A stretch of DNA of 64,000 nt from Candidatus Obscuribacterales bacterium (lineage in GTDB: Bacteria > Cyanobacteriota > Vampirovibrionia > Obscuribacterales > Obscuribacteraceae), in contig CBDDIJ010000005.1 of NCBI GenBank assembly GCA_965228855.1, positions 1,408,001 through 1,472,000 of the forward strand, read 5' to 3'. Below the pieces are notes generated by a model. That model was not told the DNA's origin. It made no database searches and saw only the letters and a list, made by a program, of their open reading frames with translations. Position 1 is the first letter of the stretch, and each line of letters starts with the position of its first letter. Made by a program: the position numbers and the translations under genes. Of this stretch, positions 20,740-31,300 are shown piece after piece.

Positions 20740-21127
20740 GTGCTCCAGCGCTCATGGAAACCACGAAGACACAGGTTCGCGTCAAGCCAGAAACCGACTA
20801 CCGCGACTGCACTCGGTTGCAGAATCTGGCAAGCAATCCCTCAGATACGCCTCGATCACACGGGTGACACCAGAGCTGTTTGTTGAAACTCAGCGCTGGA
20901 GCGACTATCAGCGGTTTAGTCCCAAAATTCAGCTTGGAAACTATAGTAATTGATCGCGCGTATGCGGTAACATTTGGCCACTCACGCGCCCGACCTGTGG
21001 TTTCTGAGCGGCGACCGCGCCGGAAGGATACAGCACAGGTAGCGATGAACAGGCTCGGCTCACGCCGCAGTCGCGTCGCATGGCAGGCCGTGAGGGCGTT
21101 GCGGTTCATACCAAAAGGAATGAAAAA

Positions 21128-23029
21128 ATGGTTGAAGTTCAAACGGCCACCGATCAAACCGTCCAGCAGCTCGCTCAGCAGTTCCGGGTGGACAGCATCA
21201 GAGCGACTACAGAAGCTGGCTCGGGTCACCCGACATCATGCATGTCGGCAGCCGATCTCATGGCAGTCCTGCTGGCAAAATACTTGCGTTATGATTTCGA
21301 CGCACCGCAAAATCCTAACAACGATCGTCTTATTTTCTCGAAGGGTCACGCCGCTCCATTGCTCTACGCAATGTTCAAAGCCGCGGGCGCTATCACTGAT
21401 GAAGAGTTGATGACACTGCGCAAACTTGGTTCGAGACTCGAAGGTCACCCGATTCCGCAAGTGCTGCCGTGGGTCGAAGTCGCGACCGGATCGCTTGGTC
21501 AAGGACTCGCTCAGGGCGTTGGTATTGCGCTCAACGGTCACTTCCTCGACAAACTCCCTTACAGAACCTGGGTTCTGCTGGGCGATTCCGAGAGCGCAGA
21601 AGGTTCGGTTTGGGAAGCAATGGCGTGTGCTTCGCACTACAAACTCGACAACCTGACTGCGATTCTGGACATGAACCGCCTCGGTCAACGCGGCGAAACT
21701 GCGCTCGGCTGGAACAGCGAAGTGTACAAAGAACGCGCTGAGGCTTTCGGTTGGCATACAGTCGAAATCGACGGACACAACTTTGAGCAGATCGACAAGG
21801 CCTTCCAGGAAGCGATCAAAACGACCGGCAAACCCACTTTGATCATTGCCAAAACCGATAAGGGTCATGGAATTCCGTTGACTCAAAATCAGGACAACTG
21901 GCATGGCAAGCCACTCAGCAAAGAGCAGGCTGAAGACGCGATTAAAACTCTTGGCGGTCAACCCCACGTCAAAATCGATGTACAAAAACCAGCTGCCGCT
22001 CCAGCTTCGGGCAAGATGGGTGATACCAAATCCGGTAGCGGCAAGTTCGAGGTACCAACTTACAGCGGACCGGTTGCAACTCGCGAAGCCTACGGAGACG
22101 CGCTGAAGAACCTGGGTGCAGCCTACAAGAACGTCGTAGTTCTCGACGCAGAAGTTTCCAATTCTACATACGCCGAAAAATTCCACAAAGCGCATTTGGA
22201 ACGGTTCTTCGAAATGTACATCGCAGAACAACTTATGGTCGGCGTCGCCTGTGGATTGGCGACACGCGAGAAATCAGTCTTCTCGTCTACATTCGCGGCG
22301 TTCTTCACGAGAGCCTACGACTTCATTCGCATGGCAGCAGTCTCACGCGCGACGATCAAGCTGGCCGGATCACACGCCGGATGCTCGATCGGCGAAGACG
22401 GTCCATCACAAATGGCACTAGAAGATCTCGCGATGATGCGCGCGATTTGGAACAGCACAGTGCTCTATCCTTCGGATGGCGTATCGACTGCGAAACTCGT
22501 GCACGCGATGAACGACATCAAGGGCGTGAGCTATATGCGCACAACCCGCTCCAAAACCCGCATTCTGTACAAAGAAGACGAAGAGTTTCCGATCGGCGGC
22601 AGCAAGGTGCTCAAGAGTTCCGCGGAAGATCAATGCACATTGGTCGGTGCCGGCATCACTCTGCACGAATGCTTGAAAGCTTATGACGAGCTGAAATCGC
22701 AGGGTATAACAGTTCGAGTTATCGACCTGTATTCGATTAAACCAGTCGATGAGAAGACCCTGCAAAAAGCAGCGAAGGAAACCGGATTCATCGTCACTGT
22801 CGAAGATCACTGGATCGAAGGCGGTCTCGGTGACGCGGTCCTCGGTGCATTCACCGGCAAAGGCAATCCAGAGCGCGGAAGCAAACTGGAAATCCCGCAA
22901 GAGATGCCCAAGGTAGTGAAGATGGCAGTCCACGATATGCCCGGCTCCGCTACACCGGACGAACTCATGGATGCCGCTGGCATCAGCGCCGACCACATCA
23001 TCCGCACGGTCAAATCGTTGATGAAATAA
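21128..23029 (+). CDS. tkt: Transketolase
   Basis: GSGHPTS, SKGHAAP, LEGHP, TGSLGQG, GDSESAEG, GEDGPSQ; SD AAGGA before ATG 21128. Confidence 0.95.
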   Translation: MVEVQTATDQTVQQLAQQFRVDSIRATTEAGSGHPTSCMSAADLMAVLLAKYLRYDFDAPQNPNNDRLIFSKGHAAPLLYAMFKAAGAITDEELMTLRKLGSRLEGHPIPQVLPWVEVATGSLGQGLAQGVGIALNGHFLDKLPYRTWVLLGDSESAEGSVWEAMACASHYKLDNLTAILDMNRLGQRGETALGWNSEVYKERAEAFGWHTVEIDGHNFEQIDKAFQEAIKTTGKPTLIIAKTDKGHGIPLTQNQDNWHGKPLSKEQAEDAIKTLGGQPHVKIDVQKPAAAPASGKMGDTKSGSGKFEVPTYSGPVATREAYGDALKNLGAAYKNVVVLDAEVSNSTYAEKFHKAHLERFFEMYIAEQLMVGVACGLATREKSVFSSTFAAFFTRAYDFIRMAAVSRATIKLAGSHAGCSIGEDGPSQMALEDLAMMRAIWNSTVLYPSDGVSTAKLVHAMNDIKGVSYMRTTRSKTRILYKEDEEFPIGGSKVLKSSAEDQCTLVGAGITLHECLKAYDELKSQGITVRVIDLYSIKPVDEKTLQKAAKETGFIVTVEDHWIEGGLGDAVLGAFTGKGNPERGSKLEIPQEMPKVVKMAVHDMPGSATPDELMDAAGISADHIIRTVKSLMK

Positions 23030-23293
23030 CATTCGGACGCTGAAGTCAGCTCAATCTGAATACAGTTCGACGAGCGGACATCCAGCCCGACGAGTTGAAC
23101 TCCAAACCCGATGAGTTGAACTCCAACCGAAGAAGCGGAACACCAAGGTCAGAAATAACTGCACGCCAGCCCATCTAATGCGGCTGGCGTTTCCTTTTGC
23201 GCCCGCGCCATAGCTCAAGCCAAGCCTCACCTGACCCAGAGCTCGCCCCTGCCCTAGTTCAAGCCACAACTCGACCTTAGAGCTTAGTCCACA

Positions 23294-23645
23294 GAATGTG
23301 TAAAAATCCGATCCAAATTCGCCAAATTTGGCCGTCAATTCTACACATTCGACCTGTTTCGCACGGACACGCCCGACCCATAATCCATTCAAGCCCAGCG
23401 AGTCCGCACTAACTCGATTCCGCCCAGCGAGTCCGCCAATGGCTTCGCAAAATGTGTAAAAAACCGATCAGAATTCGCACAAATTGGCCGTCAATTCTAC
23501 ACATTCGACCCGTTTCGGACGGACACGCCCGACACATTCGACCCGTTTCGGACGGACACGCCCGACACATTCGACCTGTTTCGCACGGACACGCCCGACC
23601 CATTCGACCCGCTTCGGACGGACACGCCCGTGTTTCGGACGGACA
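23294..23645. repeat. Intergenic composite repeat: duplicated ~85-bp block plus 33-bp tandem units
   Basis: CACATTCGACCCGTTTCGGACGGACACGCCCGA occurs about 4 times in tandem from 23500, with one more copy near 23345. Block 23295-23378 recurs from 23451. Confidence 0.9.
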
Positions 23646-23772
23646 GTCCTGTAACCGACACACCCGATCGCAAATAATCAGGCGCCCCAGCGGAGTTAAT
23701 CACTTGGGCGCCCAATTGCTCTAGTCGGGGGCAAACTTTTAAATTTTCTTGTCTTGTACCTTACCTCGCAGG

Positions 23773-24966
23773 CTATGCAGCGGCGAGAGATTTGAGATGA
23801 AGCGCTCTTTCCCACTCGGCGCAGTAGAGTTCGTAGCTGTCTTGCGCAACGGGTTTGAAAGACCCCAATACCTCTAGTGCACGTTCATAGGAAACGCTCC
23901 CGCGCTGAAGCTCTTGCAGCATCACGAGTCCGGTTCGCGACATTTCCTTGGTTATAAATCCACGCTGGATGAGGACTTCAGATACGCTAAATTCGAAGTT
24001 CTCGATCGATGCAGCGGTATCACGCATGGTGCGCTCGTCGATTACGCCGGCGGCTCTCAGAAGAGCGACAATCTGGTCGAGGACATCGAATTCAGCAAGC
24101 AATCGTTCCAGAGGTTTTTCCATCGACGCAACCAGGTTAAGGAGCCTGTAGGCGCGCGGTTTCGAGAATGTCTTCAACGCAATCATGCGTTGCATCTCGA
24201 GCGCGGCTTCCAGAACCTGTTGAGTTACCAGTTTATATTGAACTAGTAATTGTCCGAAAGCAGCATCACTCTCGGTGCCGAGTTCGCAAATGATCAACGC
24301 ATCGGCTTTCGACAAAAGACCTGACTGTACGAGGAGATCTCCCAGCCGGGGCTGACTTGATACAACCGGGCTGTTGACTCCGCATGTACGCAAAATCGCC
24401 TCGAGCGATTGATTTGATTTTTGCAGCGACTGCAGAATGCGCACAGCATCCAGAAAAGAGATGCGTTTATCGCGTAATAAAATTTGCAGATTCAAGCAAT
24501 GCGAAAGAGTCTGCTCGGTGATAAGGCGCAGTGAGACCAGGGCGCGACCGAGAGGATAACCGGTACTCTTGCTGTGCTTCACTGCACATTTCAAGCCGGC
24601 GTCGTCCACGATACCAGCTGCCATCATCAATTTTCCGAGTCGGGACAATGGTCCGACACCGCGGCCGATACCATTCAGCCTGTAGGCTTCGTCGATTGTA
24701 ACCTGATGAACGTGGGCGAAGCGAAGAAGTTCCTTCGCTACACGCACATCGATGGCGCCGTCTCTGATTGAGACCTGCGTGACAAGCGCGCAATCGACAT
24801 CAAGATCGCTTACATGGCCTGACATGACCAGGACACGACCAAGTGGCATGGACGCACGCTTGGCGATGAGCAGGCCTTGCTCCAACACCTGAGGTGAGAT
24901 GATGCCTGCTTCGAGAAATATTTCGCCGAGACGAAACAACGGAGATCTAGCCTTTTTAACAAACAT
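23773..24966 (-). CDS. Second four-repeat MshEN-like protein
   Basis: RLGEIF, RLGKLM and RLGDLL repeats plus a degenerate fourth repeat; paralogous to 16980-18200. Confidence 0.72.
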   Translation of the reverse strand: MFVKKARSPLFRLGEIFLEAGIISPQVLEQGLLIAKRASMPLGRVLVMSGHVSDLDVDCALVTQVSIRDGAIDVRVAKELLRFAHVHQVTIDEAYRLNGIGRGVGPLSRLGKLMMAAGIVDDAGLKCAVKHSKSTGYPLGRALVSLRLITEQTLSHCLNLQILLRDKRISFLDAVRILQSLQKSNQSLEAILRTCGVNSPVVSSQPRLGDLLVQSGLLSKADALIICELGTESDAAFGQLLVQYKLVTQQVLEAALEMQRMIALKTFSKPRAYRLLNLVASMEKPLERLLAEFDVLDQIVALLRAAGVIDERTMRDTAASIENFEFSVSEVLIQRGFITKEMSRTGLVMLQELQRGSVSYERALEVLGSFKPVAQDSYELYCAEWERALHLKSLAAA

Positions 24967-25358
24967 GAGAAGCTCCTATCGGAGAGCAGAGAGAAGCGCA
25001 CAGCAAGACATTGAGGACAGGTGCCCTCGCGCCAAACCGACGAATCTCATCGTCAAGGTAGCAATAGAATCAACAAAGCCCACGCGAAGAAAAAGAACGC
25101 GTAGCTAATGCGAATTCGGTTTTCGAACTAGTAAGTGAATTTAAAAACGGGATCACTCCCAAGCCGCAATCGTAGCGCCTGCTTTTCGATATGTCAAGAG
25201 ATTTTTAATCTTCGAAAAATTCGACCCGAACCGCTCAGTCTGCAAGTCTACCGGCTCACGACATCGGCACATCTACCGAACGCGACACCTGCACGTCTAG
25301 TGGCTCGCGGTAGCGACACAGCTTATCACGCGACTTACTTAGTTACTTATTTAATTAC

Positions 25359-27044
25359 TTACTTATGCTCACGCAGCGAGAAAATCCACTGCTCGGCTCG
25401 CAGCAGCTCGACTGCGATCTCGCGAATCTTATCGGCAAACAAAAACTGTTCTTTCTGAAGGTCGTTTAACGACGCAAGTATCGCGCCGCCATCTTCATCG
25501 CGTTCAGGATACTTAAGTGGATGATTCCAGAAAGGCAATTTTCCTGGTCCAGGCTCGTCGCCGGACATGTACTTTGGATTGTACGGAATTTGCCCGTGTG
25601 CTTTATACCAGTCGTCCATAACTTTGCCGACGAGTGTGAAGGTCGACTCCACGTAACGACTTCCAGCTTCAGACAACGTACAAACATCAGCGGCATAAAG
25701 CTCAGGATATTTCTCTTTGGCGCGTGCTACGGCTTGTTCAATAGCGTCGTGCCCGGACAGAGACGCACTATGGCGAGGACCGACCACAACTCCGGCAAAC
25801 AGCTCAGTCATGATGGCAGATACCCGTTCGACAGCGGTCTTCGTGCGGCGAAGCCCTCTGAGAGCCAATCCTTGAACTTCAGGTCGAATCACTCGGAAGG
25901 AATCTGAAAAACTTTGCACTGCAGATTCGAGCGAATGGTGAATGGTATCGTCTTCGAAGATTGACTCGGTATCCGGTCCGCGAAGCATTGCGATTTTCGC
26001 AAAACCTTCAGGATGATTGTAGTTAATAGAATGGTCGCCCGCGATCACGGCGTGCCCGATCTTAGAGCCAGGGTCGCTTGGGTGCGGAACGTGCCAGTTT
26101 TCAATTCCTATTGTGTCCAACAGTTCGCGCTCTTCGTTGGAAAAATCGATCAAACGCAAATCATCAGAAACATGATTCTGGTTGAACGGATCTTTGATTT
26201 TTTCGAAGATGCTATAAATCGTTTTCACACCTGTGCCACTACCAGTAGGGGCATTCGGATTAAACTTCCCGAGCTTATGTTTGTTATGAAGCATGATAGC
26301 CACAATAGTCGCCATGAAAGTAGGCGGCGCGATCTGGTGCTCCAGACTTGCGCGAGAAACACGTTCCATACTCTTACGGTCAGCCGGTTTGGAAGCATCG
26401 AGGAAGTAGGAAAGCGCTTGCACGGCGGCTTGAGCACCGTGCACATTATGAATGATGAAGTTGCGGCGGCTCTTGATCGCATCTGAAAATATGGAAGCTA
26501 GCAGTGCGTCTCGCGTTTCCTTCGGATTGAGATTCAGCAATCTGGCAGCGTCGTAGACTTGATCGACTTCCGCGCGTGTGTGTTTCCAATTCATGTTCCA
26601 CTGGTAGCCGGTGCGATCGCCACCTTCACCAAACTCGAGCTGCCAGAACATATTGCGCACAATCGCCATGCAGTTCCAGATGAGCTCTTTGTCAGACCGA
26701 CTCAGAAAGCTGTCCGAGCTGAGCTTTTCAAAAACATTCGTGACCTCACCACTTTTGGTGACGACCGGCACATGCTCCAAATCTTCACGCAAGTCGAGCC
26801 GCAGTTTTTCCAGATTCCCAGGCGGGGGCATCTGGTCTTCCCATCGGAAATTATCGGTAGCTGCTCGCAAGAAGGCATCTTTGTCGCTCTGCACCGAGAG
26901 CGTTTGCTTGAAGGAAGCCACGGCGTCACTCACAGATTCGGCGCTTGAAACACCAACGCCAGAACGCCCGCCGCTGACGCGAGTCTCGGCAAGGCTTTCA
27001 GAAATAGTTTCCTGCTTCTTTTTCGTCTTTTTGTCGCTGGTCAT
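25359..27044 (-). CDS. Hypothetical protein with a degenerate HD-like fold
   Basis: Long ORF with WKHT..ALLASIFSD..HNVHGA..EHQ..AGDH spacing reminiscent of HD phosphohydrolases; start set at ATG 27044. Confidence 0.55.
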   Translation of the reverse strand: MTSDKKTKKKQETISESLAETRVSGGRSGVGVSSAESVSDAVASFKQTLSVQSDKDAFLRAATDNFRWEDQMPPPGNLEKLRLDLREDLEHVPVVTKSGEVTNVFEKLSSDSFLSRSDKELIWNCMAIVRNMFWQLEFGEGGDRTGYQWNMNWKHTRAEVDQVYDAARLLNLNPKETRDALLASIFSDAIKSRRNFIIHNVHGAQAAVQALSYFLDASKPADRKSMERVSRASLEHQIAPPTFMATIVAIMLHNKHKLGKFNPNAPTGSGTGVKTIYSIFEKIKDPFNQNHVSDDLRLIDFSNEERELLDTIGIENWHVPHPSDPGSKIGHAVIAGDHSINYNHPEGFAKIAMLRGPDTESIFEDDTIHHSLESAVQSFSDSFRVIRPEVQGLALRGLRRTKTAVERVSAIMTELFAGVVVGPRHSASLSGHDAIEQAVARAKEKYPELYAADVCTLSEAGSRYVESTFTLVGKVMDDWYKAHGQIPYNPKYMSGDEPGPGKLPFWNHPLKYPERDEDGGAILASLNDLQKEQFLFADKIREIAVELLRAEQWIFSLREHK

Positions 27045-27324
27045 AGGCGCTTCGCTGCTATTCGCGCACCACGGGAAACGCATGCAGGCATGAGTTTCGT
27101 TCTCGCCTGAATATTCCCCGAATCGCCCCTATTAAATCACGAGGACGAGCCGCTTGCGCCCCATCGGTCGATAATCGATCAGTTTGAAACATAGCAGGAA
27201 GTTACAGTTCAAACCCAACGCCGGCCTGGGTTTAGGCTTAAGTGAAACCGAACAAAGGCGTGTCAAGAGCCGACCCTATATAATGCCAAACGAAAAATCC
27301 AACTTTCGAGGGTTGTCAATCGAT

Positions 27325-28194
27325 ATGCGTTTCTTGTTTCCAATGGCAGCAGCCAGTTTGCTAGCCACAACAACCGGTCAGGCACTAGCGGAAAACGGCA
27401 CGCCTGCAAAGCCAGTCGTGACAACATCCAATGAGAAAGTGGTCCCCAATAAGTCCGCGAACTTCTTTCTGGAAGAAATCACCACACCCGAAAAGACAGC
27501 GGCGTCCACTAAGAAGGCGACCAAATCGACCAAGAAAGCCAGCGAGAAAAACGCACCAAAGGGCAAGGACTCAAAGACAGCCCCGGCGCCAACGGCTGTG
27601 AAATCGAGCTTACAGGACAAGATCGACAAGCAAGGAAAAGTCTCTTCCCACTTCCAGCAGGGTCTGGTCATGCAGAGCATGGGCATGAACGAGTACGCGA
27701 TCGCGGAGTATCGTGACGCGCTGAAGGAAGACAATAAGTTCATCTCAACTTACAACAATCTAGCTCAATGCCTGGTCAATCGAGGTAAGGACGAAGACAA
27801 AGCCGAAGCACTGAAGCTGTTGACCGAAGCTCAAAAGCTTGAGCCCAACAATGTAGGAACCCTTCATGCCCTGGCGGTTCTAAAAGAATCAAATAAGGAC
27901 AGCGCCGGTGCTGAAGAGATGTACCAAAAAGTCCTGGCTATTCAACCGCTCAACATGCGCGCGATTCAGAACCTGTCGGAGATGCACTGGCGCGCTGGTG
28001 ACAAAGCCAAAGCTCGCGAAGTGATCGTCACTGCGCTCAAGCAAAATCCGCCGTCTCAACAGCGCGAAATTTTTGAACAAGCTATAAAAAACCTGGACAA
28101 GCCAATCGCGGCTGCGCCTGAAGAGAAGCCGGCAGCGGAAGCAAAGCCGACTGACGGAAAACAGACTGCATCGAAAGGCGCAGGCGCCAAGTAA
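27325..28194 (+). CDS. Secreted TPR repeat protein
   Basis: Signal peptide ending ALA, Lys/Ala/Pro linker, TPR motifs (YNNLAQCL, LEPNN, IQPLN). Confidence 0.8.
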   Translation: MRFLFPMAAASLLATTTGQALAENGTPAKPVVTTSNEKVVPNKSANFFLEEITTPEKTAASTKKATKSTKKASEKNAPKGKDSKTAPAPTAVKSSLQDKIDKQGKVSSHFQQGLVMQSMGMNEYAIAEYRDALKEDNKFISTYNNLAQCLVNRGKDEDKAEALKLLTEAQKLEPNNVGTLHALAVLKESNKDSAGAEEMYQKVLAIQPLNMRAIQNLSEMHWRAGDKAKAREVIVTALKQNPPSQQREIFEQAIKNLDKPIAAAPEEKPAAEAKPTDGKQTASKGAGAK

Positions 28195-28396
28195 ATTTAG
28201 ACATGCGTCGAATCACCTGATGATGTCCTGAAACAGTCGCGAGTTTGGCTTTCTTCCGCGCGCACGTTACCCGGATACGGCAGCGTGTCGCCGATTGTAG
28301 ACAATCCAGACTCCTGAAAAGTGCTACAATCCCAGGCTTTGGAATCCCGTAATAAAACCCTGGCTGGCATTGGCGTCAAACTTACAGGAGTAATTT

Positions 28397-31300
28397 ATGG
28401 TCGGAAGATTGAATAAAGCGCTGCCGTTGAAAACGGCAGCCTGGTGCCTGTTCGTCGGTTTCGGGGTGAATCAAGCAATAGAGCCGGCCGCTGCGCAACC
28501 GGACGGACGCGCCGACCACAGAGCAGCACACGCTCTCGATTTGGTGAGGTCCCGCGATGCCAGAAGAAGCGATCGGGCAGAACGACAGGCCGAACGACTT
28601 TTTATGAAGAACGGCGGAGAAGTGCGAGTTCTGAATGCGACCCGCCTTGATGTTGCAACGGCAAAATCATTTCAAGTTCAGATGGAGAGGCTGCCCCGAC
28701 GAATGAACTTGCAGTTTGAGACTGCTCAAAATCAGCTTCAAACCTTGAATCTCAACTCCACGCGTCAAACAGTCGCTGCGCCAACTTTCGATGGCACGGT
28801 AGACATTCAGGTCTCCAGAGGCAAAAGCACTGAGACCTTGACGGTAGACAGCTCCACACGCCTCACTGCAGCACAAGCTGTTGCAGTACACCAGGTTCTG
28901 TACGAGAACGGGCAAACTATCGAAATCGGCAGAAGGGGCGATGCTGTCGGCGGCAGCTTTTCACTCACCAATCAACTGGGTCAAAACCTGGAGAGCCTGT
29001 CTATCCCTAAAGATGTAACAGTTATTCGGGACTTCGGAACCGAGTCGAACCTCTCTTTTACGGGCGATATCGTTAACCGCGGCAGCATCCATGTGGTATC
29101 GTCGGCGCCATCAGTTTCCAGCGCCGAAATCAGCGCTCTAAACATTCGCAATGCAAAAACCGGCGTAATCGACTCTACAGGAGATGTAAGCCTGAGCTTG
29201 GTTGCACAACGAGATCTTATTAACAACGGCGTAATAAGCAGTTCGCGCGATCTCAATCTTACTGCAGGAGACGGAATCTACAATCAATCAGAGATTGGGA
29301 ATTCATCACCACAGGCGGCACTATCCGCACAAGGAAACTTGGCATTAAATTCCAATCTAATCATCAACCAGGGTCAAATAAATGCCACTACCGGCAATAT
29401 CGTGATTCCGGGCTTGCGTCACAATTCGGAAAATCAAACGGTGGCTCTTGCAGTTTATGCTTCCGGAGGATCCTTTAATGCCCTGAATGGAAACATCATC
29501 CTCGGTGACAGTTCGGTCTTTCAAACAAACGATTCGATAGAATTGCTCGGCGGTGATTATCACTCACAAAGTCTTATAGTGGAGGCAGGTGAAGGCAAAG
29601 TCAACGGCACCGTCGGTGATGTCACAGGCAAACTGGAAGTCAGGGCTCGGGAGGCCCACATAGGCGTTTCATCTGACAACCTCATACTGGGCGAGAGCCT
29701 CATAACTGGTGACCCGACCTTCTTTAATGATGCTGGCTCGGTAACCATCACTGCAAACTTAAGTTTCGGAGAAGCCATCGCAATCCTTGCAAGCGGCGAT
29801 GTTACTGACGGGGGTTCAGGCCGTAACATTGCAGCACTAAATGGAACGGTTGGCCAACCGATCACCATCATTGCCGGTGCCAACCTGACTGCTAATGATG
29901 GAGCATTGCCGAATTCCAATGCTCAAGCAGGAAATCAGATATCGGCGGGCTCTGTTACCGTGAATGGTGCATCTGCATCCGGTGGCTCTGTTCTCTTATC
30001 TAACTCCACTCTCAGTTCTAGCAGCACCTCGAATGGCTCTGCCGCAGGAGACGTGACTATTTTAGCCTTTGCAGGGAGCAATGGCGGCTCCGGCACAGTC
30101 AGTGTCGGCACAATTTCGGCTTCTGGGCTTGGCAACGGCAATGACGGTAACATCGTCGTGATCGCCGGGGCCAATTCGGGCACCGCCATTAGCTTGACGA
30201 CGGCCTTCACATCGGGAGGTTCAACCGGCGGCACACCCGGAGCCGTGACACTGACGACTGCTCAACCGACAGCAAAGTTGACCTTCGACCAGTTCGGTAT
30301 CGGCACAGGCAAATTCGGAGCAAGCAAGTCTCTTGCAGCCGGCGCAATTTCTGTGGACTTTATTGCCACGCTTGGCGGAGCGATCAATTTGAGCACTGCC
30401 GGCGCAGTCACCACCGGTACCGCCGGCAGTTCAATCTTCAGCGCAGGCGGTGACATATCGATAGTCGCAGGCTCATTGTCCGCACTACGCGGAATCAACG
30501 CAGACGGTTCCGACGGCGTTGCTGCCGCTGTTCCTGGAGCCGCTGGAGGTAACGGACAAAATGGCGGCAACATCACCATCACAACTACTGGCTCCGTCGC
30601 GACCGCAGTTACCGCGAATCTCAGCAGTAGAGGTGGCACAGGCGGCGTCGGAGCCGCAGGCAGCGACGGCACCGTCGGCACTGGAGCAGCTGGTGGAGCC
30701 GGTGGCGCAGGAGGCAGAGGAGGCGACGCCGGCAACATTGTTATCCTCTTTAATGACTCCGCAACCTTAAATGGACAGCTCTTTGCCACCGGGGGCACGG
30801 GTGGCGCAGGGGCTGATGCCGGCAATGGCGCCACAGGGTCAAACGGCGGTAACGGCGGTAGTGGCGGCACCGGCGGTTCCGGAGGGAACGCAGGTTCAAT
30901 CTCAATTTCGTCACGCAGCGGGGGCGATATCCTGATTGGAAATCAAGTCAACGCTAGCGGAGGCACGAGCAGATCCGGTGGAATGGGAGGCCAAGGTGGA
31001 AACGGGAGTGTCAACAACGGCAATGGTGGCGCAGGCGGTGCAGCCGGGATAGCCGGTGCAGGTGGAACTGTTTCGATTGCCACAACTGAATCCGGAAACA
31101 TCACTCTCAACGCAGTTATCGCTCGAGGTGGACTGGGTGATAACGGAGGCCTGGGCGGAAACGCGAGCGCCACTAATGGCAACGTCCTGGGTGGCAATGG
31201 TGGCGATGGTGGTAAAGGTGGTGACGGAGGAATCGGAGGCTCTGTCTCGGTTACGGCAGTCAACGGTCTGATCACGCTTAGCGGTTTCGTGCTGGCAGAT

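Noticed and set aside
21010..21040. SRP RNA or TPP riboswitch upstream of tkt
   Set aside because: CCGGAAGGA is present, but the SRP CAGG..GCAGC symmetric loop and the TPP CTGAGA/CCTGA core are missing.
21236..23032. Long minus-strand ORFs (331 and 204 aa)
   Set aside because: Antisense to a clear transketolase.
23500..23631. CRISPR array
   Set aside because: The 33-bp units are head-to-tail with no unique spacers, and there are no cas genes in the window.
23409..23724. Three short ORFs with 11-aa repeats
   Set aside because: By-products of the 33-bp tandem repeat being open in several frames; no SD or coding signature.
25335..25366. TTACTTA micro-repeats
   Set aside because: Short AT-rich run of stacked stop codons after a gene; no evidence of further function.
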